Source: Balanoglossus misakiensis
Taxonomy: Eukaryota > Animalia > Hemichordata
Direction: 5' to 3'
DNA: 64,000 bases
NCBI GenBank assembly: GCA_040954595.2
Contig: CM082580.2
Span: forward strand, 548,783-612,782
Positions 63,801-64,000 of this stretch are shown here, in pieces. Position numbers and translations under genes: made by a program. Under the pieces are notes generated by a model. That model did not search any database and was not told the origin of the DNA. It saw only the letters and a program-made list of their open reading frames with translations. Every line of letters begins with the position of its first letter. Position 1 is the first letter of the stretch.

Positions 63801-64000
63801 GCAAAGTCGAAAATGTGTCATTTTTTGATGATTTTTACCCATGATTTTTTTCAAAAATCGATGAAATTTTGAGATTTTGCAGTAAAAAAATTGTCATTTT
63901 TTGATGATTTTCAACCATGATTTTTTTTCAAAATTGACGAAATTTTGAGATTTTGCAGTCGAAAATTTGTCATTTTTTGATCATTTTCCCCCATGATTTT
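27814..64000. repeat. 78-bp satellite array, segment 4 (36 kb, runs off window) with higher-order repeats
   Basis: Uninterrupted monomers in one orientation. Recurring offsets include 1099/1100, 914/915, 2928, 1277, 858, 1777, 1858, ~1350, 3056 and 1282 bp. Confidence 0.97.
29940..35830. repeat. 2928-bp higher-order repeat, two tandem copies, each built of 1099+914+915-bp blocks
   Basis: Identical spurious ORFs recur at +2928 (30049/32977, 31148/34076, 31689/34617, 32062/34990). Boundaries are approximate. Confidence 0.85.

Noticed and set aside
532-64000. CRISPR-like array
   Set aside because: Monomers are contiguous with no unique spacers, there are no cas genes, and the context is eukaryotic.

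Overview
Eukaryotic (probably invertebrate animal) repetitive DNA with no host genes. About 44 kb is a 78-bp AT-rich, largely palindromic tandem satellite with nested higher-order repeats and at least three sequence sub-domains. The many short 'MGENHQKMTNFRLCKIS...' ORFs are translation artefacts of this satellite. Two kinds of mobile element interrupt it. (1) At 3236-20598 (minus strand) is a tyrosine-recombinase retrotransposon of the DIRS order with Ngaro-type split direct repeats (A 164 bp, B 106 bp). It encodes Gag-like, RT/RNase H and tyrosine recombinase (YR) proteins and is present as a head-to-tail trimer, A-[gag-RT-YR]-B-A-[...]-B-A-[...]-B-A-spacer-B, inserted in register with the satellite and with no target-site duplication. 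Every unit carries a 734-bp tandem duplication that splits an otherwise single 1190-aa Gag-Pol ORF and creates an in-phase U_UUA_AAG candidate -1 slippery site at the junction. Every unit also has phase-matched splice signals that would fuse the Gag N-terminus to the YR. (2) Non-autonomous Helentron (HINE/DINE-1-like) elements lie at 24224-25718 and 26796-27813, and a related 3' end lies at 504-531, all at the same T-run of the satellite monomer. The mechanistic interpretations are inferences from sequence only; no searches or folding calculations were run.
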